A stretch of DNA of 64,000 nucleotides from Carcharhinus amblyrhynchos (GCA_965287045.1 OZ336878.1:83514001-83578000), one strand, 5' to 3'; shown: positions 51,863 through 62,595, counted from the stretch's first letter. Translations and numbers: made by a program. The notes: a model not told the origin generated them from the letters alone.

Positions 51863-52579
51863 GTAAGTTCACAACAAGAACTTTCCCCCCAGCGGCTGAG
51901 TTTCGGAAGCTGTTTGGCTCTGTGTCCATTCCCAGAAACTCCCCTGCTGCAAGGGGGCTCTGAAAATTCACCAACCCCTGACTCTCGCTTTGTGTGTTTC
52001 TTATGGAGAATTTGGGTTTGCTTTGAAATGCAAAACCGCCTATTGAATGTTTTCCTTTCCTCAAAAGCCTGCGAATATTGGACTTGATCCTGCTCAATGC
52101 CTCCTCCCAGTCTCCGTGAACCAAGATTGCAGGTTAGATGCACGAGTTGTTCAGAGGGAACTGTCCAACACGCTACTTGGCAATTGGAAAGAGGGAAAGA
52201 CTGCAAGGAGGAGCGGGGGGCGGGGGTGGCTGTAGGTACTTTGCGGAGGGGGGCACCCCTTGTCAAGTAATCTCAAATCAGTTTGTTGCTGTTAGTGTGT
52301 GCACCAGAAAGCGAAGGTTTACAGCAGAAACACCATAAATTGTTTACCGCCAATTGCAAGTAGCTTGGAAATGTCAAATTGGATTCAACTTACTTTTCAA
52401 AAGACTCCAGACATTCCCCCCACGGAATTCCGTACATTTACCATGAATAATTCACCTAAACTGCACATCTTTGGGTTTTGAGAGGAAACCAGAGCACCCA
52501 GAGGAATCCCATGCAGACACATAGAATGTTTTATCTTATAACTTTCATCTCCAATCGTGTTGCCCCTCTCCCCCTTCCT

Positions 52580-52805
52580 GGGCATTTGTCACCCAGTGTG
52601 TCCTTCGCCGTGCCTTGCTCCCATCCACCTGGGCATTTGTCACCCAGTGTGTCCTTCTTCGCTTTGCCTTGTTCCCACCCTTCTGGGTGTTCGTCACCCA
52701 GTGTGCCTTCCTTCGCTATGCCTCTTGCCGTGCACCCCCCCCCCCCCGCCCGCCAGGCACTTGTCACCCAGTGCGTCCTCCCTCGTTGTGCCTTGCTCCC
52801 ATCCT
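52580..52805. repeat. Tandem repeat, ~51-bp unit, ~4 copies
   Basis: Recurring ggca(t/c)ttgtcacccagtgtgtccttc...gtgccttgctcccatcc. Confidence 0.8.
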
Positions 52806-53524
52806 CCTAACTTACACACTGTCAATTCTCACATTGCTCCATCTTCCCAGAGCCAGTCACAATATAAACTGATTTCTTATTCCTGGATTGCTTGATTTGT
52901 GACTCATTTCCCATCCTTGAATTATTTACAGCATGGAAGGAGGCCATTCAGCCCATCAACCCCTCAAGCTCTCAGTAGTGCAATCCAGTAAACCCCACTC
53001 TCGTTTCAGTAAAGCCTGTTTCCCTCAAATGCCCATCCAACGTCCCTTTGAAATCATCAGAAGTCTCCGCTTGTTGTTTTAACAGGATGTTGTACTATTG
53101 CCTATTCCTAACTGAGTGGCTTATTAGGCCATTTCAGAGCATAGTTAATACTACAGGACTGGAGTCACATGTAGATCAGACCAGGTTATGGCAGGTTTCC
53201 TTTCAGAGGGTTTTATGATAATTGATAGTTTCATTGTCATCATTAGTGGCTTGTAATTTCAGATAACATGCAACTTTTATACAGTCGCCCAAGACTGAAA
53301 TCGAACCTGGGTTTCTGGTACTGTGAGGCAGTAGTGCTAACTAGTGTGCTGCCAACTAAAGCTTTTCTTTATCGGACTTTATTTAAACCTATCACGATCT
53401 TGTACACTTCAATTAAACATCCCCCTCAATCTCCTTTGCTCCAAGGAAACCACCCCAACTTCTCCGGCCTGAACTTGTGGCCAAAGATCCGCCATTCTCA
53501 GAATGGTTCTGGGTAAATCTCCCT

Positions 53525-53867
53525 TGGTTTTAGTCAAACCGATTTATTTGATAGTAAACTCACACGCTTTCGAGGGGACTCCCTCTTCGTCAGGTGAATG
53601 GAGAGTTCTGGCCTCAGACAGAGCATATAAAGCACAGACAGTTTAGAGATTACTGATTAGTAATCAGTAATCACTAATCAGTAATCTGTAAACTGTCTGT
53701 GCTTTATATGCTCTGTCCGAGGCCAGAACTCTCCATTCACCTGACGAAGAGGGAGTCCCCTCGAAAGCTTGTGGGTCTACTATCAAATAAATCGGTTTGA
53801 CTAAAACCTGGTGTTGTCAGACTTTTTACTGTGTTTACCCCAGTCCAACGCCTGCACATCCACATCA
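53525..53867. mobile_element. Penelope-like pLTR palindrome inserted in an old CR1 fragment (~53380-54075, -)
   Basis: Arms 53526-53661 and 53673-53808 are near-perfect reverse complements with an 11-nt spacer; TSD taaatctccct at 53514-53524 and 53868-53878. Confidence 0.9.
53737..53774 (+). ncRNA. Minimal hammerhead ribozyme motif, best-preserved copy
   Basis: tcac-CTGACGA-A-GAGGG-agtc-CCCTC-GAAA-GC-TT-gtgg: intact core, 5-bp stem II, palindromic AGCT stem III, stem I tcac/gtgg. Confidence 0.72.
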
Positions 53868-55058
53868 TAAATCTCCCTCCACATCCTTTGGAGGACCCTC
53901 GCATCCTTCCTACATTGTGATGATCAGAACTGGACATAATACTCTCTAGCTGGGGCTTAACCAGAACTTTATAAAGGTTCAGCATAACTCCCTGCTTTTG
54001 TGCTTGATTCCTCTGTTTATGAAGCTTAAGATTCCACGTGCATTGCTAACTATTCAGTCTGTCCTGCCACCTGCGACAATTGATGTACGTGACCCCCATC
54101 TCCCAAAGACCTGCAGTCTTTTTAAAAAGAGATTTTACTTCCTTTAAAAATCATTCAACTTCTCCCAGTATTTGAAAAAGTGACCCAATTAGCTGCACTC
54201 TCCTATTCTTTCCCCATTAATTGGTAATTTTTCTCCCTTTCAACTATTTATCCCATTCGAATTTGAAAGTTGTTATTGAACCCACTTCCACCAGCCTTTT
54301 TGGCTGTGCCGAATTATGACCAGATCATCTTAATTCATTGCAAAAAACACATTTCTCCTTTCTGCAACTCTGGCCAATTATTTTAAATCTGTCTCCATTG
54401 ATCACCAAACTTCTAGCCAGTCAAAACATACCTCCTTATTTTTTTTCCAAGAATATACTTTATTCATGAAAATCTCAAATAAACCATTGCAAATCTACAT
54501 GTCTATGAATTGCAAACAGTGCAGAATTAAAACTTTTTTACAGTTCTACACATTACAGTCATAACATTTCAAAACTTAAAACTATATACATGCCTCAAAA
54601 TTTACTGTGTGCCGTTATTTCTCAGATTGGCACACAGTTACGCAGGTCGAGGGTATTCTGCAGTTCCCGGGCCCTCGGTCTGCATCTGTTAAAAGGCCTT
54701 ACAGTGTGGCCTTTCCCCATTGTACCTTTGTGGTGGCTGCTCCAAGCTTCAGCTTGTCCCTCAGCATGTAGTGAAAACATACCTCCTTATTTACTGCATA
54801 TGTTGGATAAAAGAACGTAGCATGTGGGTTTGGGTGAAAACAACAACTCAGATTTATTGATATGCTGTTGCTGTGACGAAGGCTGGATGTAAGCGAGGCA
54901 AAAGCCTGTGAAGCAGCCAACGATATCACCAACTATGAACGTGACAGACACGTAAAGTGACAGTGCCATGACATCACCAGCTATACACGTGACTCGGCTC
55001 TTAAAGTGACAGTGCCACAACAAATATATAACCAACATGACTATAGTAGGGAGGCCAC

Positions 55059-55776
55059 CTGATTGTAACTGTAACCGGGTGTGGACCAACCTGATTGTGA
55101 CTGTAACTGGGTGTGTATCATCCTGATTATGACTGTAACTGGGCGCAGACCACCCTGATTGTGACTGTAACTGGGTGTGGACCACCCTGATTGTGATTGT
55201 ATGGGCGTGGACCACCCTGATTGTGACTGTAACTGGGCGTGGACCACCCTGATTGTGACTGTATGGGCGTGGACCACCCTGATTGTGACTGTAACTGGGC
55301 GTGGACCACCCTGATTGTTACTGTATGGGCGTGGACCACCAGATTGTGACTGTAACTGGGAATGGACCATCCTGATTGTGACTGTAACTGGGAACGGACC
55401 ATCTTGATTGTGACTGTAACTAGGCGTGGACCACCCTGATTGTGACTGTAACTGGGCGTGGCTACATTAGGGGTTCCACTCACATACACACAGGCCAGGA
55501 TAGGGTGGGAAGATGCGGCGGCGCGGGCTCGTTGGGCCGAAGGGCCTGTTTCCCATACTGGGATGTTCTTTGTTCACCCTGATGGTGACTGTAACTAGGT
55601 GTGCACCATCCTAATTGTGACTGTAACTGGGTGTGGCCCACCTGATTGTGACTGTAACTGTACATGGACCACCCTGATTGTGACTGTAACTGGGCGTGGA
55701 CCACCCTGATTGTGACTGTAACTGGGCGTGGACCACCCTGATTGTGACTGTAACTGTACGTGGACCACCCTGATTG
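55059..55776. repeat. Minisatellite, 32-bp unit ctgattgtgactgtaactgggcgtggaccacc (30-bp variants), ~19 copies, interrupted at 55462-55574
   Basis: Period of 32 counted directly (e.g. 55681 to 55713). Confidence 0.95.
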
Positions 55777-55804
55777 AACTCCATGTGTGATGCTTGTGTT
55801 TCAG

Positions 55805-55878
55805 GCCAGTCCAGTTTTCATGAGCTACTTAAGAATGAAACATTTGTTGACTTCCTAAACACTTTCCTCAACTTGCCG
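55805..55878 (+). CDS. RGSL1: RGSL1-like (regulator of G-protein signalling-like / RGS22 family) exon 2
   Basis: gtttcag| acceptor, CCG|gtaagt donor; encodes GQSSFHELLKNETFVDFLNTFLNLP, resembling the RGSL1 N-terminal motif LLxDExFxDFFNTFLSLP as I recall it; only 25 aa, so orthology versus RGS22 is not certain. Confidence 0.72.
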
Positions 55879-56229
55879 GTAAGTATACAAATGTTTATTG
55901 TTTGTTGTGGGGAGTTGAGAAGCATTGGGAGGTGTTCAAGCTGTTGGTTGAATGTGTGGCGAGAACTGCTTGATTCATTTCACAAGCTATGCTGCAGTTG
56001 TTCCTGTGTGTTGCTTGTCGATTTCTGTTGCTCCTGTACATTTCCAGCATTTAGGTGTTGCTGCGTACCAGCACTGAGAAAATAAATGCTGTATTATTGG
56101 GGGTGCCCCCTTTCTGATGTAAAGCTGCATTGACACAAGTGGACCTGGGGAATTAGCTCCTCCCAAGGTGGTACCCGGTTGAATCGTCTTAGATCTGACT
56201 GTGGACACTGCACAACCCACAATATAGAG

Positions 56230-56365
56230 TTAAAGGCAAAATATTGCAGATGTTGGAATCTGAAATAAAAATAGAAAATACTGGGAAATCTCAGTAGGTC
56301 TGGCAGCATCTACGGAGAGAGAGCGTAGCTAATGTTTCGAGTCTGGATGATCCTTCATTAAAGTT
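56230..56365 (-). mobile_element. 3' end of a second Penelope-like family with a degenerate hammerhead; related pieces at ~10240-10330 (+), ~41915-42005 (-), ~60430-60580 (+)
   Basis: Reverse strand reads (t)taatgaaggatcatccagactcgaaacattagct...ctctctcc...gatgctgccagacct...; 60448 copy reads ctgacaaaaggtcatccagacttgaaacattggct. Confidence 0.6.
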
Positions 56366-56747
56366 CCCCATGGCTATTCATGCACCATACATTGATAGGG
56401 GCATACACAATAACTGGCGACAAGGCTGTTTGATGGCCTACTGTGATAACCCCCAAGACTTAATGGGGAACCACTGATTGACCTCCATGTAGCTCTCATT
56501 GAATATGAGCTCTCTGGGATTGGTGATTAACTAACCAGGTAGCGCTCGTACACTGGATACTGGATGAAGCAGGCCCCTGAGCTATTCCACTATTTCCAAT
56601 AAGTGCTGGCAAGCTAGTGAGGCCCATGTCCCATGAATGAATAAAAAAAAATTCCTTTGTCCTGGTTGGGAGCTGTTGCGTCCGCCACAGGTTTGTGGTT
56701 TTTACTTCACTTTGTGCAGTGACAACCGACTCCTGGAGTTATTATAC

Positions 56748-56758
56748 TGGTGACGAGG
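56748..56758 (+). promoter_or_regulatory. Primer-binding site, probably tRNA-Ser(GCU)
   Basis: TGGTGACGAGG differs from TGGCGACGAGG (complement of the tRNA-Ser(GCU) 3' end) by one CpG-type transition; lies between LTR and gag. Confidence 0.65.
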
Positions 56759-58241
56759 TAAAAGGAATATTTTGGTAACGCTGCTCATCAGATCATTCAG
56801 TTTTTGCAATGCCATTTTTCGGGAAATTGGAGCCATTTGACCCGGGTATTGAGGACTATCCACAATATGCTGAGAGAACGAGGTACTTCTTTCCAGCTAA
56901 CGAAATAGAAGATATTCGGCAAAAGGTCATCCTGATGACTGCATGTGTGGCTGCAGCAAACTGTCTGACGTATCCAGAAGAACAGGGTCAGAGACCTTTG
57001 ATGAGTTAGTAGAAATGGTGGCAAATCATTACTACAATCCTAAACCTTCCATCATCTTGCAATGGTACAGGCTTAATACTCCATTCGCAGGGGAACTGGT
57101 GACGGAATTCCTGACACAACTGAGAAAATTGGCAGAACATTGGCACAGCATTACCAGAAATGCTGACAGACTGTTTAGTATGTGGCACAAATGTTCTATT
57201 GACCCAAAGAAAGCTTTGGATAGAGCCAAACCTAGATTTTAAAAAAGCCACACAGCTGGCCTGAGCTTGTGAAAATTTGGAGAAAGGTGACCAAGAGCTG
57301 CATGATCTATAGATAATAATGTCCTTAGGCTTGGGCAAGTAAGCTAACCGCAGTCTCGGGTCCCCCAGCCTTGGGCGAGGAAAAGCGAGCAAGCAGGAAA
57401 ACCAGGAAACCCTGGCACTGGATGAGAGGGAGTTGAACAATTTAGCGAGTGGCCAGCACAGCAGCACTGTGTGTGCAGCGAGGGAGCCTGCCCCATGCAA
57501 GGTTACCAAAACAAGCGGAGCATGCAGCACCCATAATGAGGGGCGAAGCCAACCCATCATAAAATGTATCAGATAAGTCAGGCTGAAGAGGAGAAACTAG
57601 CACTGTTAACTTGTATTACCGACACCGAAAGTGGCCCCGATGCAGCGCCAGGTGGATGGACATTCATTGGATATGGAGGTGGACATGGGAGCGGCAGTAT
57701 CCATCATAGGAGAGCGAGAATTTAGAAGCTTACAATTGGGCATCTCTACACTCAAGTTGAAGGACACTACTAGGGCAAGATTGTCAATTTATACAGAAGG
57801 GCCATTATGAGCAGAAGGGATCGTGGTAACCCCAGTCACATCGGGGCAACAAACAGTTTGGCTCCCGTTGATATTGGTACAAGGACTAGGTCCCAGCCTT
57901 TTGGGTAGGGACTGGTTACAAAAAATCCACTTGGATTGGTAGCAGATTTTCGAAATGGGCACTGGAAACATATATGAGGTAATTGGAAAGCACCCAGAGG
58001 TTTTCCAGACAGGCTTTGAACAAATAAAAGGGGTCAAGGCAAACACTTACATGGACCCAGATGTTCAACCAAGATATTTTAAGGCAAGAGCAGCTGGCAG
58101 CTTAAGTGAAGACCGAACAGAAGTGATTAGAAGAGTTGGGGATAGTTTGGCCATTTTCCAAGTGGGTCGCAGCAGTAGTTCTGATGTTAAAGCTGGACAA
58201 CACAATCCGCCTCTGTGGTGATTAAAAGATGATGGTGAATA

Positions 58242-58535
58242 GAGCGGCACGGTAGCACTGCTGCCTCACAGCACCAGAGGCCCAGGTTCAATTCCTGGCT
58301 CGGGTCACTGTCTGTGTGGAGTTTGCATGGTCTCCCTGTGTCTGCATGGGTTTCCCCCGGGTGCTCTGGCTTCCTCCCACAGTCCAAAGATGTTTGGGTT
58401 AGGTTGATTGGCCAAGCTAAATTGACCCTTAGTATCAGGGGGCTAGCTAGGGCACATACATGGGGTTATATGGATGGGGTCCGGGTGGGATTGTGGTCAG
58501 TGCAAACTTGATGGACCTCCTCCTGTGCTGCCTGG
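58242..58535 (+). mobile_element. HE1-type SINE inside the Gypsy pol region
   Basis: gcggcacggtagcactgctgcctcacagc head, ggttcaattcc B box, gggtttcccccgggtgctc core. Confidence 0.85.
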
Positions 58536-60061
58536 TTTTAGAACATCTTGTTTGGACAAAATTCCGATGCCAGTGCATGAGTTGCTCTATTTGGGAATCC
58601 GTATGTGACGAAATACCTGGAATTAAGCATAGAAGACGTCATTATCCTGTGGGGAACCCGGGTAGCTATCCCACATCCCACCCTAAGGCCTTCCCTTCAT
58701 GAACTTCATAATGGATATCCAGGCATATCAAAAGTGAAGATGTTAGTGAGAAGTTACGTCTGGTGGCCTGGAACAGATGGGGACACAGAGAAAATGGTAA
58801 AAGTGTGCAGCATGTACCAAGAAAACCAAGCGGCTCCACTGATAACTTCCTTACACCCCTGGGAATGGCCTGGAAGACAATGGATGCATGTGGATTTTGC
58901 AGGACCATTTATGGCTTCATGTTTTTGTTATTAAACGATGCCCACTCTAAGTGGATGGAGGTGCACTGGATGATGTCCGTCACATCGCAGAGCACGACGG
59001 AGTGACAGACAACGGAACCCCATTTTCCAGTAGGGGATTTAGGACATTTATGGAAACAAATGGAGTACGATATGTCTGCACAGCTCCTTACCGTCCATCA
59101 TCAAACGGACTAGCGGCACAAGCAGTCCAAGTTTTAACAAAGGGAATGAAGAAATAGACTAGGGGATCTGTAGACAATAAAGTGGCACATTTTCTTTTTG
59201 GTTACAGAACAATGCCACAAGTAACGACAGGTTTCGCCCTGACTGAGTTACTGATGGGCAGGTGGGAAGCCCCACAGACAATAGACCCATCCAGGTTGGC
59301 CCCAGCGGGACTTCCCAAGCCGAGTACTTCAGAGTCGGTTCGGCCACCACAAGAGAGGAAGCAGCACCAGTGGCACCAGCCACCTGTGGCCAATCAGAGA
59401 GGCAGACCCTCGTGCTGGGCAGCAGAATCTTCTAGAATCCCGGGACTACCACTCTGGGAGAGGTTTCCGAAATAAAGATACAGCCTCGACAAAACTACCA
59501 TCCCCCAGTAGACTCGCTGGGCAGGATTTTACGGCTTCCCTCGGGCAGGACTGGAAATCCCCGCCCGAGGTGAGTGGAAATTCCCGTTGTCAGATCCCTG
59601 CCCGCGCCAACTCCATGGCGGGCGAGGTGGTCGGGCCATTGTGTCCATGTGAACTGTCGGAAAGGACCTTATGTTGGGGACCATGGTAGTTTGCAATGCT
59701 CTATATAAATGGTCTTCATTATATGTATATATGTTTCTTCCTTGTTTGTATACATGTTTAGATTGGGGAGATTTTGGATTAAATGGGAGGGATCAGATGT
59801 ATATTGGGGTTTGGGGTGTGGACTGCCTCTTTAAGAGTGCAGGTCAGGTGACCTCTGGGCAAGTAGCTCCTCCCAGTGTGGGAGCCAGTCGGGCAGTCTG
59901 AGATTCAGCAGTGGAACAGTGTACCTGTCCAGCAAAGAACTCCCAGCGTTCAAGTTACTAAGCCTATCTTGTGATTCTTCATGGGTGATAGATGGTTGAT
60001 AGCAACGTGGATAATACTCATTTTGTGTTCAAATCACTCTCTGCTCTTAATCTTTCTTAGC

Positions 60062-60340
60062 TCTGTGACCTCCTCCAGCCCCTACAACTCTCCTATTCCT
60101 GTAACCTCCTCCAGCCTCACTAACCCTTCCTATCCCTGTAACCTCCTCCAGCCCCAATAACCCTCCCTATCCCTGTAACCTCCTCCAGCCTCAATAACTC
60201 TCCCTATCCCTGTAACCTCCTCCAGCTTCAATAACCGTTCCTATCCCTGTAACCTCCTCCAGCCCCTACAACTCTCCCTATCCCTGTAACCTCCTCCAGC
60301 CTCAATAACCCTCCCTATCCCTGTAACCACCTCCAGCCCC
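60062..60340. repeat. Minisatellite, 37-bp unit ctgtaacctcctccagcc(c/t)caataaccctccctatcc, ~7 copies
   Basis: Period of 37 counted (60136 to 60173). Confidence 0.92.
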
Positions 60341-60724
60341 TCGAGATATGTGTTCCTCAAAGTCTGGTGCATTCTCCAATCCTTCCATCATTATCAGCCA
60401 ATCCTCTCAGCCCTGCTTGATATTTTGGCATAAAAACAGAAAATGCTGAAAAGTGTGCTCTGACAAAAGGTCATCCAGACTTGAAACATTGGCTCTATTC
60501 TCTCTCCACAGACCTGCTGAGATTTTTCAGCATTTTCAGTTTTTGTTTCAGATTCCCGCATCTGCAGTATTTTGTTTTAATCTGGATGTTTTACTAGTTA
60601 AAGGCACTATATAATCTCAGGCTCTTGTGATCCTGTGTCAGAAATGAAACAACATGGCATTGGGGATGTCCATGAGGCGTCAGTCTTGGGGGCAATATTT
60701 GGATTAATGTTGATCACCTTACGG

Positions 60725-62595
60725 AGGACAATGTAGAGGGAGCTTTATTCTGTACATTGCCCTGTGCCCATACCTGTCCTGGGAGTGTTTGATAAGACAA
60801 TGTAGAGGGAGCTTTATTCGGTATCTACTACAGAGCTGTACCTGTCCTGCGGGTGTTTCATGGGGATTGTGTAGTGGGAGCTTTACTCTGTATCTAACCC
60901 TGTACTGTACCTATCCTGATATGGAGCTGATAATGATACCTAATGAAGGGGCAGCACTCTGAAAGCTAGTGCTTTAACCTGGTGTTGTGAGATTACTTAC
61001 TGTACCTGTCCTGGGAGTGTTTAATGATAAGAAGTCTCACAACACCAGGTTAAAGTCCAACAGGTTTATTTGTAGCAAACACCACTAGCTTTCGGAACTG
61101 GCTGTTCCTCCATCAGGTGAGTGGGAGTTCTGATCACAAACAGGACATATGAAGACACTAACTCAATTTACATGAATAATGATTGGAATGTGAGTCTTTA
61201 CAGCTAATCAAGTCTTAAAGGTACAGACAGTGTGAGTTGGGAGAGCATTAAGTACAGGTTACAGAAATGTGTATTGTCTCCAGACAGGACAGTTAGGACT
61301 TGCCTGGACTTGCAAAATGTCATCAACTGTCCTGTCTAGAGTCTGTGTGGTGTGGCCATCCCCACACCCCCCCTTCTTGCCTTCAAACAACCGTACAACC
61401 TCAAACAGACCATTATCTGCAGCAAACTACCCAGCCTTCAGGAGAACAATGACCATGACACTACACAATCCTGCCACAACAACCTCTGTAAGACGTGCCA
61501 GATCATTGACACGGATATCCTCATCTCACGTGAGAACACCATCCACCAGGTACACAGTACATACTCTTGCAACTCGGCCAACGTTGTCTACCTGATACGC
61601 TGCAGGAAAGGATGTCCTGAGGCATGGTACATTGGGGAGACCATGTTGATGCTACGACAATGAATGAACACCACTTGACAATCACCAGGCAAGATTGTTC
61701 TCTTCCTGTTGGCGAACACTTCAGCAGTCATGGGCATTCGGCCTCTGATCTTGGGGTAAGCATTCTCCAAGGCGGCCTTCACGACACATGACAGCGCAGA
61801 ATCGCTGAGCAGAGACTGATAGCCAAGTTCCGCACACACGAGGACGGCCTCAACCAGGATGTTGGGTTCATGTCACACTATCTGTAACCCCTACAACTTG
61901 CCTGGACTTGCAAAATCTCACTAACTTTCCTGTCTGGAAACGATACATATCTTTTTAATTTGTGCTTAATACTCTCTCCACTCACAGTGCCTGTACCTTT
62001 AAGACTTGATTAGCTGTAAAGACTCACATTCCAATCATTATTCATGTAAATTGAGTTTGTGTCTTTATATGCCCTGTTTGTGATCAGAACTCCCACCCAC
62101 CTGACGAAGGAACATTCAGTTCCAAAATGTGGTGTTTGGTACAAATGAACCTGTTGGACTTTAACCTGGTGTTGTGAGACTTTTTACTGTGTTTACCCCA
62201 GTCCAACGCCGGCATCTCCACATAGTGTTTAATGGGACAGTGTAGATGAAGCTTTTCTCGGTATCTAACCCCATGTTGTACCTGTCCTGGGGATATTTAA
62301 TAGGACAGTGTAGAGGGAACTTTTCTTTGTATCTAACCCCATTCTGTACCTGTCCTGGGCTTGTTTGATGGGACAATGTTGAGGGAACTTTACTCTGTAT
62401 CTGACTTCATCCTGGACCTGTCCTGGTAGTGTTTAATGAGGATTGCGCAGAGAGAGATTTACTCTAACCCTGTGCTACACCTGACCTGGGAGTGTTTGAT
62501 TGGGGGCAGTGTAGAGGGAGCTTTACTCTGTATCTAACGTCATGCTGTTCCTGTTCTGGAAGTGTTTGTTGGGACAGTGTTAAGGGGGCTTTTCT
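60725..62595. repeat. Tandem ~68-bp repeat (gggacagtgtagagggagctttactctgtatctaaccc...tgtacctgtcctgggagtgtttgat), split by Penelope insertions
   Basis: Units start at 62234, 62302 and 62370 (period 68); further units at 60725-61026. Confidence 0.9.
61027..62223 (+). mobile_element. Penelope-like element (Zn-finger linker plus GIY-YIG endonuclease, Neptune-like) with inverted 5' arm
   Basis: ORF 61352..61663 PPLLAFKQPYNL...CHNNLCKTC...NVVYLIRC...WYIGET; downstream PVGEHF...E..LIAKF...GLN; TSD agtgtttaatg at 61016-61026 and 62224-62234. Confidence 0.93.

Larger units (their letters stand above)
56442..59515 (+). mobile_element. Decayed Ty3/Gypsy LTR retrotransposon with internal RT/RNase H deletion
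   Basis: Putative LTR ~56442-56746; PBS tggtgacgagg; gag MPFFGKLEPFDPGIEDYPQYAER; protease MEVDMGAAVSII; RT start IRLCGD*K; integrase LHELHNGYPGISKVKMLVRSYVWWPG, HVDFAGP, TDNGTPF, APYRPSSNGLA. Confidence 0.9.

Noticed and set aside
54787-55704. Minus-strand ORFs with QLQSQSGWST / VTVTIRVVH repeats
   Set aside because: They are translations of the 32/30-bp minisatellite in shifting frames, with no independent gene evidence
55059-55776. CRISPR-like array of ~32-bp repeats
   Set aside because: Units are contiguous with no unique spacers, there are no cas genes and the context is eukaryotic; it is a minisatellite
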